From the NCBI GenBank assembly GCA_963714975.1, contig CAVQQD010000002.1, positions 384,001-448,000 on the forward strand: 64,000 bases of DNA. The letters run 5' to 3'. The notes beneath the pieces were generated by a model. The model saw nothing but the letters and a program-made list of their open reading frames with translations, was not told the DNA's origin and did no database searches. Shown here one piece after another: positions 29,808 to 39,155 of the stretch. This stretch comes from an uncultured Gammaproteobacteria bacterium (GTDB taxonomy: Bacteria > Pseudomonadota > Gammaproteobacteria > JAURND01). Positions within the stretch are counted from its first letter, which is position 1, and every line of letters starts with the position of its first letter. A program made the position numbers and the translations under genes.

Positions 29808-30041
29808 CTAGATGATTTTGCCTTCCTCAATGAGCGCTAATACTTGCTCAATACCTAATTTATCAATCATACGTATACCCTTGGTAGATATACGCAATGT
29901 TACAAAACGCCCTAAACTTTCTACCCAAAACCGATGGGTCTGTAAATCGGGTAAAAACCGACGCCTGGTTTTATTATTTGCGTGGGAAACATTATTTCCC
30001 GACATGGGGGATTTTGCAGTCACTTGGCATACTCTAGACAT
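29808..30041 (-). CDS. rpmB: 50S ribosomal protein L28
   Basis: [30 protein letters not shown]. Confidence 0.97.
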   Translation of the reverse strand: MSRVCQVTAKSPMSGNNVSHANNKTRRRFLPDLQTHRFWVESLGRFVTLRISTKGIRMIDKLGIEQVLALIEEGKII

Positions 30042-30184
30042 AGTCCTAGCCTCTTGTCTTATCTTAAAAAGGTTCCTTTTATATCAGAAGAATAATCCCT
30101 GTGTCAACTATAGTGGGCGAAGAAATTCAGACAGTTAAAATGGCAAGCTAAGATATAATTCTCGCTTCGGATCAGGAGACGAGA

Positions 30185-30478
30185 ATGAGCCAAAAACGTA
30201 AAACATATACTCCAGCAGAAAAAGCAAAAATTGCTTTGGAAGCTATTAAAGGGGAGCTAACATTGGCACAAATTAGCTCGAAGTATGGTGCCCATGGAAC
30301 GCAAATAAACGCATGGAAAAAACAAGCCTTAGCCTTGTTGCCCGATGTTTTTAGTGATAAAAATAAAAATGAAATTACGGAACATGCTACTCAACTGGCT
30401 GAATTATATGAACAAATTGGTCGTTTAAAAGTAGAGAATGATTTTTTAAAAAAAAAGTTTGAGTTGTTCCGTGGATGA
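30185..30478 (+). CDS. IS3 transposase OrfA (HTH)
   Basis: RKTYT..EKAKIALEA; QINAWKKQ; LYEQIGRLKVENDFLKKK. Confidence 0.9.
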   Translation: MSQKRKTYTPAEKAKIALEAIKGELTLAQISSKYGAHGTQINAWKKQALALLPDVFSDKNKNEITEHATQLAELYEQIGRLKVENDFLKKKFELFRG

Positions 30479-31307
30479 AAGGCGAGGTTGGGTTGAGAGA
30501 GAACACCCATTGTTGTCAGTCTGTCGACAATGTGATCTACTGGATTTAACCCGTTCCAATGTATATTACGTGCCACGTCCCAAGGTATTAAGTGATAAAC
30601 AGCTAGCATTACTGCGCTTAGTGGATGAAATTTACACAAAGCATCCAGCTTTCGGTACAAGGCAAATGAGTGACTACATTTCTTATCACCATTACCCTTG
30701 TAAACGCCATGAGACACGTTGGGCTTATGAGCATTTAGGATTGCACTCATTGGCGCCGGGCCCTCATACCAGTAAGCCGCATCCTGAACATAAAGTATAT
30801 CCGTACTTACTGAATGACGTTGCAATAGTCAGGCCTTGCCAAGTTTTCAGTACAGATATCACGTATATTAGGCTACGACGAGGTTTCGTTTACTTGATGG
30901 CCATAATAGACTGGTATAGCCGTTTTGTATTGGATTGGCAGCTTAGCATCACTATGGAGGCTGATTTTTGTGTAGAAACACTTAAGCGGGTATTAGCGCA
31001 TTCACGCTGCGATATATTTAATACTGATCAGGGAGCGCAATTTACAAGCAAAGATTTTACTGATGTGCTCGCCGCGCATCAAATCAAAATCAGCATGGAT
31101 GGAAAGGGACGATGGGCAGATAATATTTTTGTTGAGCGCCTATGGCGATCGGTAAAATATGAATGTGTGTACCTGCAGGAGTGGGAAAACGTTACGACTG
31201 CGCGGGAAGGATTGGACGAGTACTTTCAGTTTTATAATTTTGAAAGACCCCATCAAAGTTTAAATGGGCTCACACCTAACAGGGTACATTCAAAATTGGT
31301 GCATTAA
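30459..31307 (+). CDS. IS3 transposase OrfB (DDE), probably expressed by -1 frameshift
   Basis: STDITYI; IIDWYSR; NTDQGAQF; DNIFVERLWRSVKYE. Confidence 0.9.
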   Translation: MSCSVDERRGWVEREHPLLSVCRQCDLLDLTRSNVYYVPRPKVLSDKQLALLRLVDEIYTKHPAFGTRQMSDYISYHHYPCKRHETRWAYEHLGLHSLAPGPHTSKPHPEHKVYPYLLNDVAIVRPCQVFSTDITYIRLRRGFVYLMAIIDWYSRFVLDWQLSITMEADFCVETLKRVLAHSRCDIFNTDQGAQFTSKDFTDVLAAHQIKISMDGKGRWADNIFVERLWRSVKYECVYLQEWENVTTAREGLDEYFQFYNFERPHQSLNGLTPNRVHSKLVH

Positions 31308-31496
31308 AGATGCGGATTAAGGTGGGGCTCCGCCCCACACCCCGGGATATTTAAGACGTGATTTAAATAACCGGGCAGTGGCTTGGGTGGCAAAAGCTGC
31401 CCGGAATCACGTCACGGTCATTGCCGTCCCCGGCTGTATCGTGGCTTTATTTTAACAAACACTGGACGAGAATTTATATCTTAATTTTTTAAAAAA

Positions 31497-33086
31497 TTGT
31501 CTAGATTTTTCGCCCGCTATAGTGTGTATTGGAAAGATACTAATGGAGGCTATCGTGGTGGCAATGATGAATTAGCTCGCCTAGCAGGTTTTAAATCCAG
31601 GAAAGAGATTCGTGGAAAAACAGATATTGATTTTTCCAAGGCGTTCCATTGGGATAAGGAAATGTTAGCGGGAGTTATTGCTGTCGACCAAAAAGTCATG
31701 CAAACAGGTGTTGCACGGTTAAATCATGAAGAAGAACCCTTCATAGACGTTAATGGGAATCTCATTTATCAATTAACGAATAAAGTCCCTCTGCCTAATC
31801 CTGCTAAAAAAGTTACTGGCGTAGTGGGTATTTCTATAAATATTTCCGAATTAAAAAAAATGCAGAAAGATCTGCGTTTAGCCTTGGAAGCCGCCGAAGC
31901 TTCCGATCGTGCTAAAACGGATTTTATCCAAAACATGAGTCACGATGTCAAAACGCCGCTGGCGGGTATTATTTCCATGGCGCACAGGATCGGCACGCAA
32001 CTCGAGGAGCCCGATGCTCTCGAAGATAATTATGAAAATGTGCAGATGATTAAAGATTCGGGCAGGCAATTGATAGAATTTTTTATGAATTGTTTAGAGA
32101 TGGGGCGGATTGAAACCGAAGGGGTGGCACTTAGCAATGAAAATTTCAATCCCCAAACCATAACGGATCAGCTTGTCGAGATGTTGACCCCTTCCATGAA
32201 ACAAAAAGGCTTAGGATTTTATTCCACTTATGATCCCGCTATTCCTGAAATGGTGTATGCCAGCGCGCCGGGATTTTATCGGATAATTTTAAATTTACTA
32301 GGCAATGCGATTAAATTTACTGAGGAAGGCTCGATAAGCATGGACATTCTCTTACGGAAAACTCGCGATGAAGACACTGGCAAAGACAAAGAGGAACTTT
32401 GTTTAAAAATCCGCGATACTGGTATGGGTATTCCCCAAGAAAAAATCGCGACTATTTTCGACCGCTTTACGCGCTTGACCCCTTCCTATGAAGGCAAATT
32501 TGAGGGCCATGGGATTGGGCTGTATATTGTGCATAAATTTGTCACTTTGATGGGAGGAAAAATTGATGTGGACAGCGAAGTGGGTAAGGGCAGTTGCTTC
32601 ACCATCACGTTTCCTTTTCTACCCGCCAAGGCATTCCTTAAACCAAGAGCAGTCAAACCTAAGTTTACCAAGCTAGCACCGCTTGGGGGTGCTGCCAGCG
32701 AGGAAGAGAAGATAGGTCCGCGTATTTTGTTGGTTGAGGATAACCGGATGGCTCAAAAAGGCGTGGAATCAATACTCACGCACTTAGGTTATACGGTCGA
32801 TATTGTGGATACAGGTAAGAAAGGCATAGAGATTTTTGAATTGGATAAATATGTACTGATTGTGCTCGATATTGGGTTAAAGGATATGAGTGGGACGACG
32901 GTAGCAGCGCATATTCGTACTGCAGAAAAGGGTCGAAAAAATCCAGTGCCGATTGTGGCTCTGACGGCCCATAATGTTGAAAAAGTTCAAGCGGCGTGTC
33001 AGGCAGTGGGCATTAATGGGGTACTGGAAAAGCCTCTGACTGAGGAAGTGGCTCAGGAGGTGTTGGATTGTTTTCTGAAGCAATGA
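31497..33086 (+). CDS. Hybrid sensor histidine kinase (PAS-HisKA-HATPase-REC), 5'-truncated by the IS3
   Basis: VYWKD..G.YRGGN PAS; NMSHDVKTP; NLLGNAIKF; receiver ILLVEDN...LDIGL; ORF start lies inside the IS right IR. Confidence 0.85.
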   Translation: MSRFFARYSVYWKDTNGGYRGGNDELARLAGFKSRKEIRGKTDIDFSKAFHWDKEMLAGVIAVDQKVMQTGVARLNHEEEPFIDVNGNLIYQLTNKVPLPNPAKKVTGVVGISINISELKKMQKDLRLALEAAEASDRAKTDFIQNMSHDVKTPLAGIISMAHRIGTQLEEPDALEDNYENVQMIKDSGRQLIEFFMNCLEMGRIETEGVALSNENFNPQTITDQLVEMLTPSMKQKGLGFYSTYDPAIPEMVYASAPGFYRIILNLLGNAIKFTEEGSISMDILLRKTRDEDTGKDKEELCLKIRDTGMGIPQEKIATIFDRFTRLTPSYEGKFEGHGIGLYIVHKFVTLMGGKIDVDSEVGKGSCFTITFPFLPAKAFLKPRAVKPKFTKLAPLGGAASEEEKIGPRILLVEDNRMAQKGVESILTHLGYTVDIVDTGKKGIEIFELDKYVLIVLDIGLKDMSGTTVAAHIRTAEKGRKNPVPIVALTAHNVEKVQAACQAVGINGVLEKPLTEEVAQEVLDCFLKQ

Positions 33087-33120
33087 AGTTTTAGATCCCT
33101 TCTCCCACAAGCTAAGGCTC

Positions 33121-33211
33121 GTCGTCCCGGCATGGATGCCGGGATCCACGGCGCAGGAAGCGAATCTTTCACATCCTTGTGAACTGGATCCCTGCATCCT
33201 GCAGGGACGAC
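33121..33211. repeat. REP-like palindrome
   Basis: GTCGTCCC...GGATCC...GGATCC...GGGACGAC; related copy at ~10720-10790. Confidence 0.65.
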
Positions 33212-33323
33212 GAACCCGGTCTGTTGGGCCTTAAAGTGAGTTGTGTGCATCGGCTAGCTACTCACAAGGGGAGAAGGAATAAGCAGGAGAGGGAACTTGA
33301 ATGCGCTCGGGTGGGGTCTCTTC

Positions 33324-33398
33324 GTCATCCCGAGGAGCTTGCGACGAGGGATCTCCATATGCCAGTTGCAGGAGATCCCTCGCTTCGCTCGGGATGAC
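33324..33398. repeat. Palindromic element, near-identical (inverted) to the insertion in prmA
   Basis: GTCATCCCGAG...GAGGGATCTCC...GGAGATCCCTC...CGGGATGAC. Confidence 0.85.
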
Positions 33399-33441
33399 GG
33401 AGAGCCCCCTGGGGCGAGATGATTTTAGTGTGGAGGTCACC

Positions 33442-36255
33442 ATGGATGTCTTACGATACAATGAATTAAATATTTCCGCGGTAAAAAAGCAGTACGATAC
33501 TGTAGTGGCTTTACTCCAACAAAATAATTTTGCAGCGAGTGGGGTCAAGCAATTTGCAGGAACACCGTTTTACTTAGTGCCTCTAGATTCAACCCAGGGC
33601 TTGTTGTTTCGAGTAGTTTCCCACTAAAGTAAAAACTGTGTGCTGTTATTAGAAATTTTTACTGAGAAAGCAAAGTCGCGTTTTCTGCAGGGTATTCTTG
33701 ATACTAAGTTAGAACCCATCGCTAATCATCATTTTGAGCAATTTCCCGTCGATGCATTCAGTTATCTCAATCTCGAGCATCCTCATTTTCATATTTTGGA
33801 TAAAATTATTTCCTTTGATGCCACGCAACAGAACATTTTCCAATTGCATCCGCCGTTAATTGTGATCGGGTCGGCGGGCAGTGGCAAAACCATGCTGATT
33901 CTAGAGAAAATGAAAACCTATCCGGGGAACATTCTTTATGTCACTGGTTCGCCTTACTTGGTTCATAATGCCCGTCAGCTCTATTATGCGCAGCATTATG
34001 AAAATGATGGCCAAGAAATTGATTTTCTTTCCTATCACGAATTGTTAGAAACGATCCAAGTACCTCCCGGAGCGAAAATCAATTTTCAGCGCTTTGCGCG
34101 ATGGTTACATACTGTCAACCCACGGGGGGCGATTCAAGATGCCAATAAATTGTATGAGGAATTCCAAGGCGTCCTCACTGGCAATCGCTTGGATGCTGCC
34201 TATCTGTCTAAAGATCACTATCTGAATTTGGGTGTTAAGCAATCGATCTATCGCCAAGAAGAGCGATCTCTAATATATGACTTATTCCAGAATTATTTAA
34301 CCTTTTTAAAACAACAGCAACTTTACGATACGAACCTGATTTCCTATGAATACCTGACTGCTTGCGAAGCGCAATACGATTTTGTGGTGGTCGATGAGGT
34401 GCAGGATTTAACTCCGGTGCAACTGGCATTAATTCTCAAAAAACTAAAATATCCACAGCAGTTTCTGTTGTGCGGGGATTCCAATCAAATTGTTCATCCA
34501 AATTTTTTCTCCTGGGCTAAAATAAAAAGCTTGTTCTATCAGCAACCCCGGGAGCAGCATAGCGACATTCTGCGGGTCTTGAATAAAAACTATCGCAACG
34601 CCCCGGCGGTAACATCGCTCGCGAATAAATTATTAAAAATAAAAAATGCGCGGTTTGGTTCAGTGGATAAAGAAAGCCATTATCTGGTTGAGAGCCAAAA
34701 TAGCCATTCCGGCGCGGTGTATTGCTTATTAGACCATGAAGTGATCCGCCAGGAAATTAATGACAAGACGCGCAAGTCGACGCATTTTGCGGTGTTAGTA
34801 TTGCATGAGGATCTCAAAGAGCAAGCCGCGCGTTATTTTCAAACCCCGCTGATTTTTTCGATTTACGAAGCCAAGGGTTTGGAATACGACAATGTCATCC
34901 TCTACCATTTTATCTCCAGTGAAGAACGCAATTTTCGCGAGATTGCTCAAGGTGTGAGCACAGCAGATCTGGAAAGCGCCTTCACCTATGGTCGGGTTCG
35001 TGATAAAACGGATCGTTCGCTGGAAATCTATAAATTCTTTGTCAATGCCTTATACGTCGCTATCACCCGGGCGATCAAAAATGTTTACTTGATTGAAACC
35101 CTCGACCAACATCCCTTATTAAACCTCTTGGGCTTAACTCTCACCGCCAGGCTAGTAGCCATCGAAAGCCAAGAATCCTCCCCAGAGGAGTGGCAAAAAG
35201 AAGCCCGACGCTTAGAAATGCAAGGCAAACAAGCGCAGGCCGAGGCGATCCAAAGCCGCTTACTGCAAACCAAGCCGGTACCTTGGCCCGTGGTAACCTA
35301 TGATTACTTGATCTCCTTACGAGAACGCGCGCTGAATAAAGTCCATAAAGACAAAGAAGCCCGACTCCTGCTATTTGAATATGCCCTGCATTATCACCAA
35401 CTTAAGCCCATGATCGAATTGGCGGCCGTGGGATTTGCCCCCGTCCAAAAATCCAAAAAAGATTATAGTTTATTAGAGCGCAAATATTTTATGGGCTATT
35501 CCTCGAGCTCCACCCACTTAGTCATGTCCCAGGTAGCGCTTTACGGGGTAAATTTTCGCACTCCCTTTAACCAAACTCCCTTGATGGTCGCTTGTCATTT
35601 TGGCAATCCTATATTGGCGAAGCAATTACTGGATAAGGGCGCCAATCCTGATTTAACCGATAATGCCTGTCGAACCGCATTTCAAATTGCGTTACACAAA
35701 GCAGTGGGTGACAAACGCTTTGCCAAGGAAAAATTTTTGCTATTTTACGAATATTTTTCGCCTCAAAGCATGGGCTTACAATTAAATAACAAATTACTCA
35801 AGCTCGATGGACAACGTATCGAATTTTTTTTAATCAATGCCATCATGGCGATCCAACAACTAAGTCTCCAATCTGAGGAGGGTATTAGAATTTTTCAGGT
35901 TAGTGATTTTGTAGAGATTTTGACCCCTTTTCCAGAGATCATCCTTCCTGAGAAACGCAAGCGACGTGCTTATTTGTCTGGTATTTTGGCTCGACACGAA
36001 ATGAATAGAAACGATATTTACAACAAAAAACTATTCGTGCGAGTGAAACGAGGTCACTATGTTCTTAATCCAGAGTTGGTGATTAAAGCAGGAGAACAGT
36101 GGTTTCATCCCTACTTGTTTTGGTTCCACCACCATTACCAGTTTTCCGGTAGGATCCCCAAAGTAGAATTAGATGAGATCGTATCGAATAAGGAACAATT
36201 ACAAATCAGAGTAAGCAATGAGGCTTACTCTGGAAAAGCAATACTACAGCTATAG
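33442..36255 (+). pseudogene. UvrD/SF1 helicase-like protein with ankyrin repeat; in-frame TAA at 33625-33627
   Basis: GGAGG + ATG 33442 in frame with the 33640 ORF; GSAGSGKT, VVVDEVQD, GDSNQ, NYRN, AKGLEY, YVAITRA; ankyrin QTPLMVAC...GANPD. Confidence 0.75.
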
Positions 36256-36435
36256 AGGATCAATAAATTCAGACTACAAATATCGATTTCAAAGCTCTGA
36301 TTAGATGTCAATCTCCAAAAAAAATGACAGACGGTTGAATAGTAATTTAGCAGGACAATTGCTGCGGCACAAGTGACGCACTCCTAATCGGCCTGGCAAA
36401 AATAATTTCCCCCTTTGAAAAAGGGGGTTAAGGGG

Positions 36436-37985
36436 CAATGGCACTACCTTAAGGAGCAAAGATGAATATAAGCCTATGATTTAGATGAAAAAAGATGAAA
36501 TCAGTTTCCAAATTTAATATTATTGTTGTAGCAAACACACAATAATAAAAAAAGGAAACTGATCTGTGAATTTTAAAAAGAAAAATAAAATTAAGCAAGT
36601 TAAAAATAAAAGACAAGAATTGGCTGATGGTGCACCAGACATTTTCCTGTTAAACCTATTGAATTCAGAAAAATGTCAGAAGATACTTAGAGAGTGCCGG
36701 GAATATCGTGACCGGATATATAGCCCCACCAAAACCTTATTTACGTTTATTAAACAAGTTTTAAATCCAGATAAATCCTGCAAAAAAGCGGTTGCTGGTG
36801 TTGTTGTGGAGCAGCTGCATAGTAAAAAAAAGAAGCAGAATAAAATAAGCTCAAATACTGGCCCCTATTGTAAGGCCAGAAAGCGATTGCCTGAAGATAC
36901 TGTGAAGGCATTAGTTAAAGAATCTGGAGCTTTCCCTTTGAAATCTATTCCAATGAGATGGAAAGTCTATGGCCGAGAATTAAAAGCATTTGATGGATCT
37001 ACCGTCAAAATGTCGGATACAAAAGCTAATCAAAAAAAATTTCCTCAGCATGGTAATCAGAAAAAAGGGGCTGGATTTCCTATGGCGCGAATAGTAGCCG
37101 TTATGTCACTGACGCGGGGAACCGTAATAGATTATGCAATAGGGGCTCACAAAGGAAAGGGCACAGGAGAAATCTCATTATTAAGAGAAATTATAAACTG
37201 CATTAAAGCCGACGATATTGTGCTGGGTGACCGTTATTACCCCAATTTTTTTCTTATGGCGGACTTAAAAAAAATAGGAGCTGATGGTGTTTTTCGCGGA
37301 CAAAGTCAAAGGAATTATGATTTTAGAATGGGACAAAAATTGGGTAAAAATGATCACATTGTCAACTGGGAGAAACCACAGAAACCGGAATGGATGACAC
37401 AAAAGCAATATGAGGCATACCCCGATCAAATTTCCATACGGGAATTTAAAGTATCAGGCCACATATACGTTACAACATTTTTAGACAAAAAATACCACAA
37501 AGCAGAGCTTGCCCAAATATATAAGCGAAGGTGGGAGGTGGAGCTTAATTTGCGAAGTATTAAAAGTATCATGAATATGGATATGTTATCGTGCAAAACA
37601 CCAGAAATGGTTAGAAAAGAAATAGGAATTCATTTATTAGCATATAATTTTATCAGAATAATTATAGCAAAAGCTTGTTATGAGTATGGCGTTAATCCAT
37701 GGGAAATAAGCTTTAAGGGAAGTGTGCAGCTACTAAATGAATTTATTCCTTATTTTATAAGCTCAAATCAGGTGAGCAACCATAAAATGTATATTGAGAT
37801 GTTAAAATTAATTGTGCAAAACAAAGTTGGAAATAGACCAGATAGGGTGGAGCCCAGGCTAGTCAAGCAAAGACCGAAACCATTTCCAGCCTTGAAGAGA
37901 AACAGAGCAATCGAAAAAGAAAAATTGCTACGTAAAATAAATAAAAGGATTTTAAAATATTCTGTGGCTTAAGGTAGTGCCATTG
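36436..37985 (+). mobile_element. IS4-family insertion sequence
   Basis: Perfect 18-bp IR CAATGGCACTACCTTAAG; 10-bp target duplication GGTTAAGGGG (36426-36435 and 37986-37995). Confidence 0.92.
36566..37972 (+). CDS. IS4-family transposase
   Basis: YCKARKRL; FDGST; GDRYY; YKRRWEVELNLRSIK (YREK motif). Confidence 0.92.
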   Translation: MNFKKKNKIKQVKNKRQELADGAPDIFLLNLLNSEKCQKILRECREYRDRIYSPTKTLFTFIKQVLNPDKSCKKAVAGVVVEQLHSKKKKQNKISSNTGPYCKARKRLPEDTVKALVKESGAFPLKSIPMRWKVYGRELKAFDGSTVKMSDTKANQKKFPQHGNQKKGAGFPMARIVAVMSLTRGTVIDYAIGAHKGKGTGEISLLREIINCIKADDIVLGDRYYPNFFLMADLKKIGADGVFRGQSQRNYDFRMGQKLGKNDHIVNWEKPQKPEWMTQKQYEAYPDQISIREFKVSGHIYVTTFLDKKYHKAELAQIYKRRWEVELNLRSIKSIMNMDMLSCKTPEMVRKEIGIHLLAYNFIRIIIAKACYEYGVNPWEISFKGSVQLLNEFIPYFISSNQVSNHKMYIEMLKLIVQNKVGNRPDRVEPRLVKQRPKPFPALKRNRAIEKEKLLRKINKRILKYSVA

Positions 37986-38199
37986 GGTTAAGGGGGATTT
38001 CAAAAGGTGAGGATACTAACAGTATTGTCGTAGTACTCAATGCTTCTTGAAATCCCTTGTATTTTCCAAAGGGAGAGAGTATTTTTGTCCGCTGAGGGTG
38101 TTAATGTTTCCTTAAGATTTCTCAAGAAGAAAATGGTGAATATATTTGTTCATATTTTTAATAGCAATTACTTAATTACAATAATTAATTGAGAGAGTA

Positions 38200-38808
38200 A
38201 TGCCTAAGCCAGGTTTTTTTAACTTTAAAGAAGCTGCGGATAAAGCTGCCCATGTTTTGCTACCGCAACTTTATAATACTTCTCAGGCCTTTACTGCGAG
38301 TAATCCTGATGTAAAAAAGGATGCAGCAATAAGGGCTGCTGCAGCTTGGCTTGGAACAGCAGGGGTGATTGTTTTCATTATAAGCCAACATCATCCTGAG
38401 CTGGATATTCACGGCGCTAAAGAATCCATTGCTTCTCTCTTAAACAAAACAACATTAAATCTTGATGCGCAAAATTTTCTGCAGGTTATTACTTACATTG
38501 CGCTGCTTTGGGTCATACCAAAAACTTTTGAATGCATTGCATACATTAGACGGCAGCATCCAAGTTCCAAGAAGATGGAGATTAACTTAGATGATGATGA
38601 ACCAGAGTTGCCCTCCCAAAGTAATGATGATCTACCTCCCGATTCAATTTTCAATCCTAATAGGTTGGACCAAGATTATTTTAAAGCTCATCAAGTTGAT
38701 GCCTATACAGATTGGGATAACCGGACAACTGCATTTGCCCGCGCTTCAAAAATAAGAGATGAGATGAGTAAAAATCGGCATGACAAACATAAATGTATTA
38801 TTTTGTAA
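38200..38808 (+). CDS. Hypothetical membrane protein with C-terminal CAAX motif (putative effector)
   Basis: Two hydrophobic segments, an acidic stretch and the C-terminus KHKCIIL*. Confidence 0.6.
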   Translation: MPKPGFFNFKEAADKAAHVLLPQLYNTSQAFTASNPDVKKDAAIRAAAAWLGTAGVIVFIISQHHPELDIHGAKESIASLLNKTTLNLDAQNFLQVITYIALLWVIPKTFECIAYIRRQHPSSKKMEINLDDDEPELPSQSNDDLPPDSIFNPNRLDQDYFKAHQVDAYTDWDNRTTAFARASKIRDEMSKNRHDKHKCIIL

Positions 38809-39155
38809 CTATTTAGCAGATACCTCTGTAGCCTATTAGGAGCATTTGGTTGTGGGCTTCCATTAATTTTTGGTTTAATTGTCGACGGATAATGCCAAGA
38901 GTGGCGAGTGTTTATGTTCGAGGAATTTTTTTGCTCTAATGACACAATAAATTCTTTGCTTTAACAATTATACTGTAGTTAAAACTGAAAAAATTTGTTG
39001 ACAGCTTCTTCATTCATGCTCTACATTAATTTCAGGATTATAGTCTTTTGCTCATTTTCGATTTCGTATAGTATTTTTTCTTATCGTGATTTTCATTAGC
39101 TTTTTGTAGCGACTTCCAGTTAATTTAGAGTTCAAATAATAATGAGGAAACTTTA

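Larger units (their letters stand above)
30109..31521 (+). mobile_element. IS3-family insertion sequence
   Basis: IRs TATAGTGGGCGAAGAAATTCAGACA / TGTCTAGATTTTTCGCCCGCTATA; orfA and orfB overlap at an A9G slippery site (~30448-30457); no target duplication seen. Confidence 0.9.

Noticed and set aside
33053-33548. Short ORFs across the palindromic repeats (also 10643..10861, 17468..17656, 62621..62896)
   Set aside because: They are translations of REP-like elements
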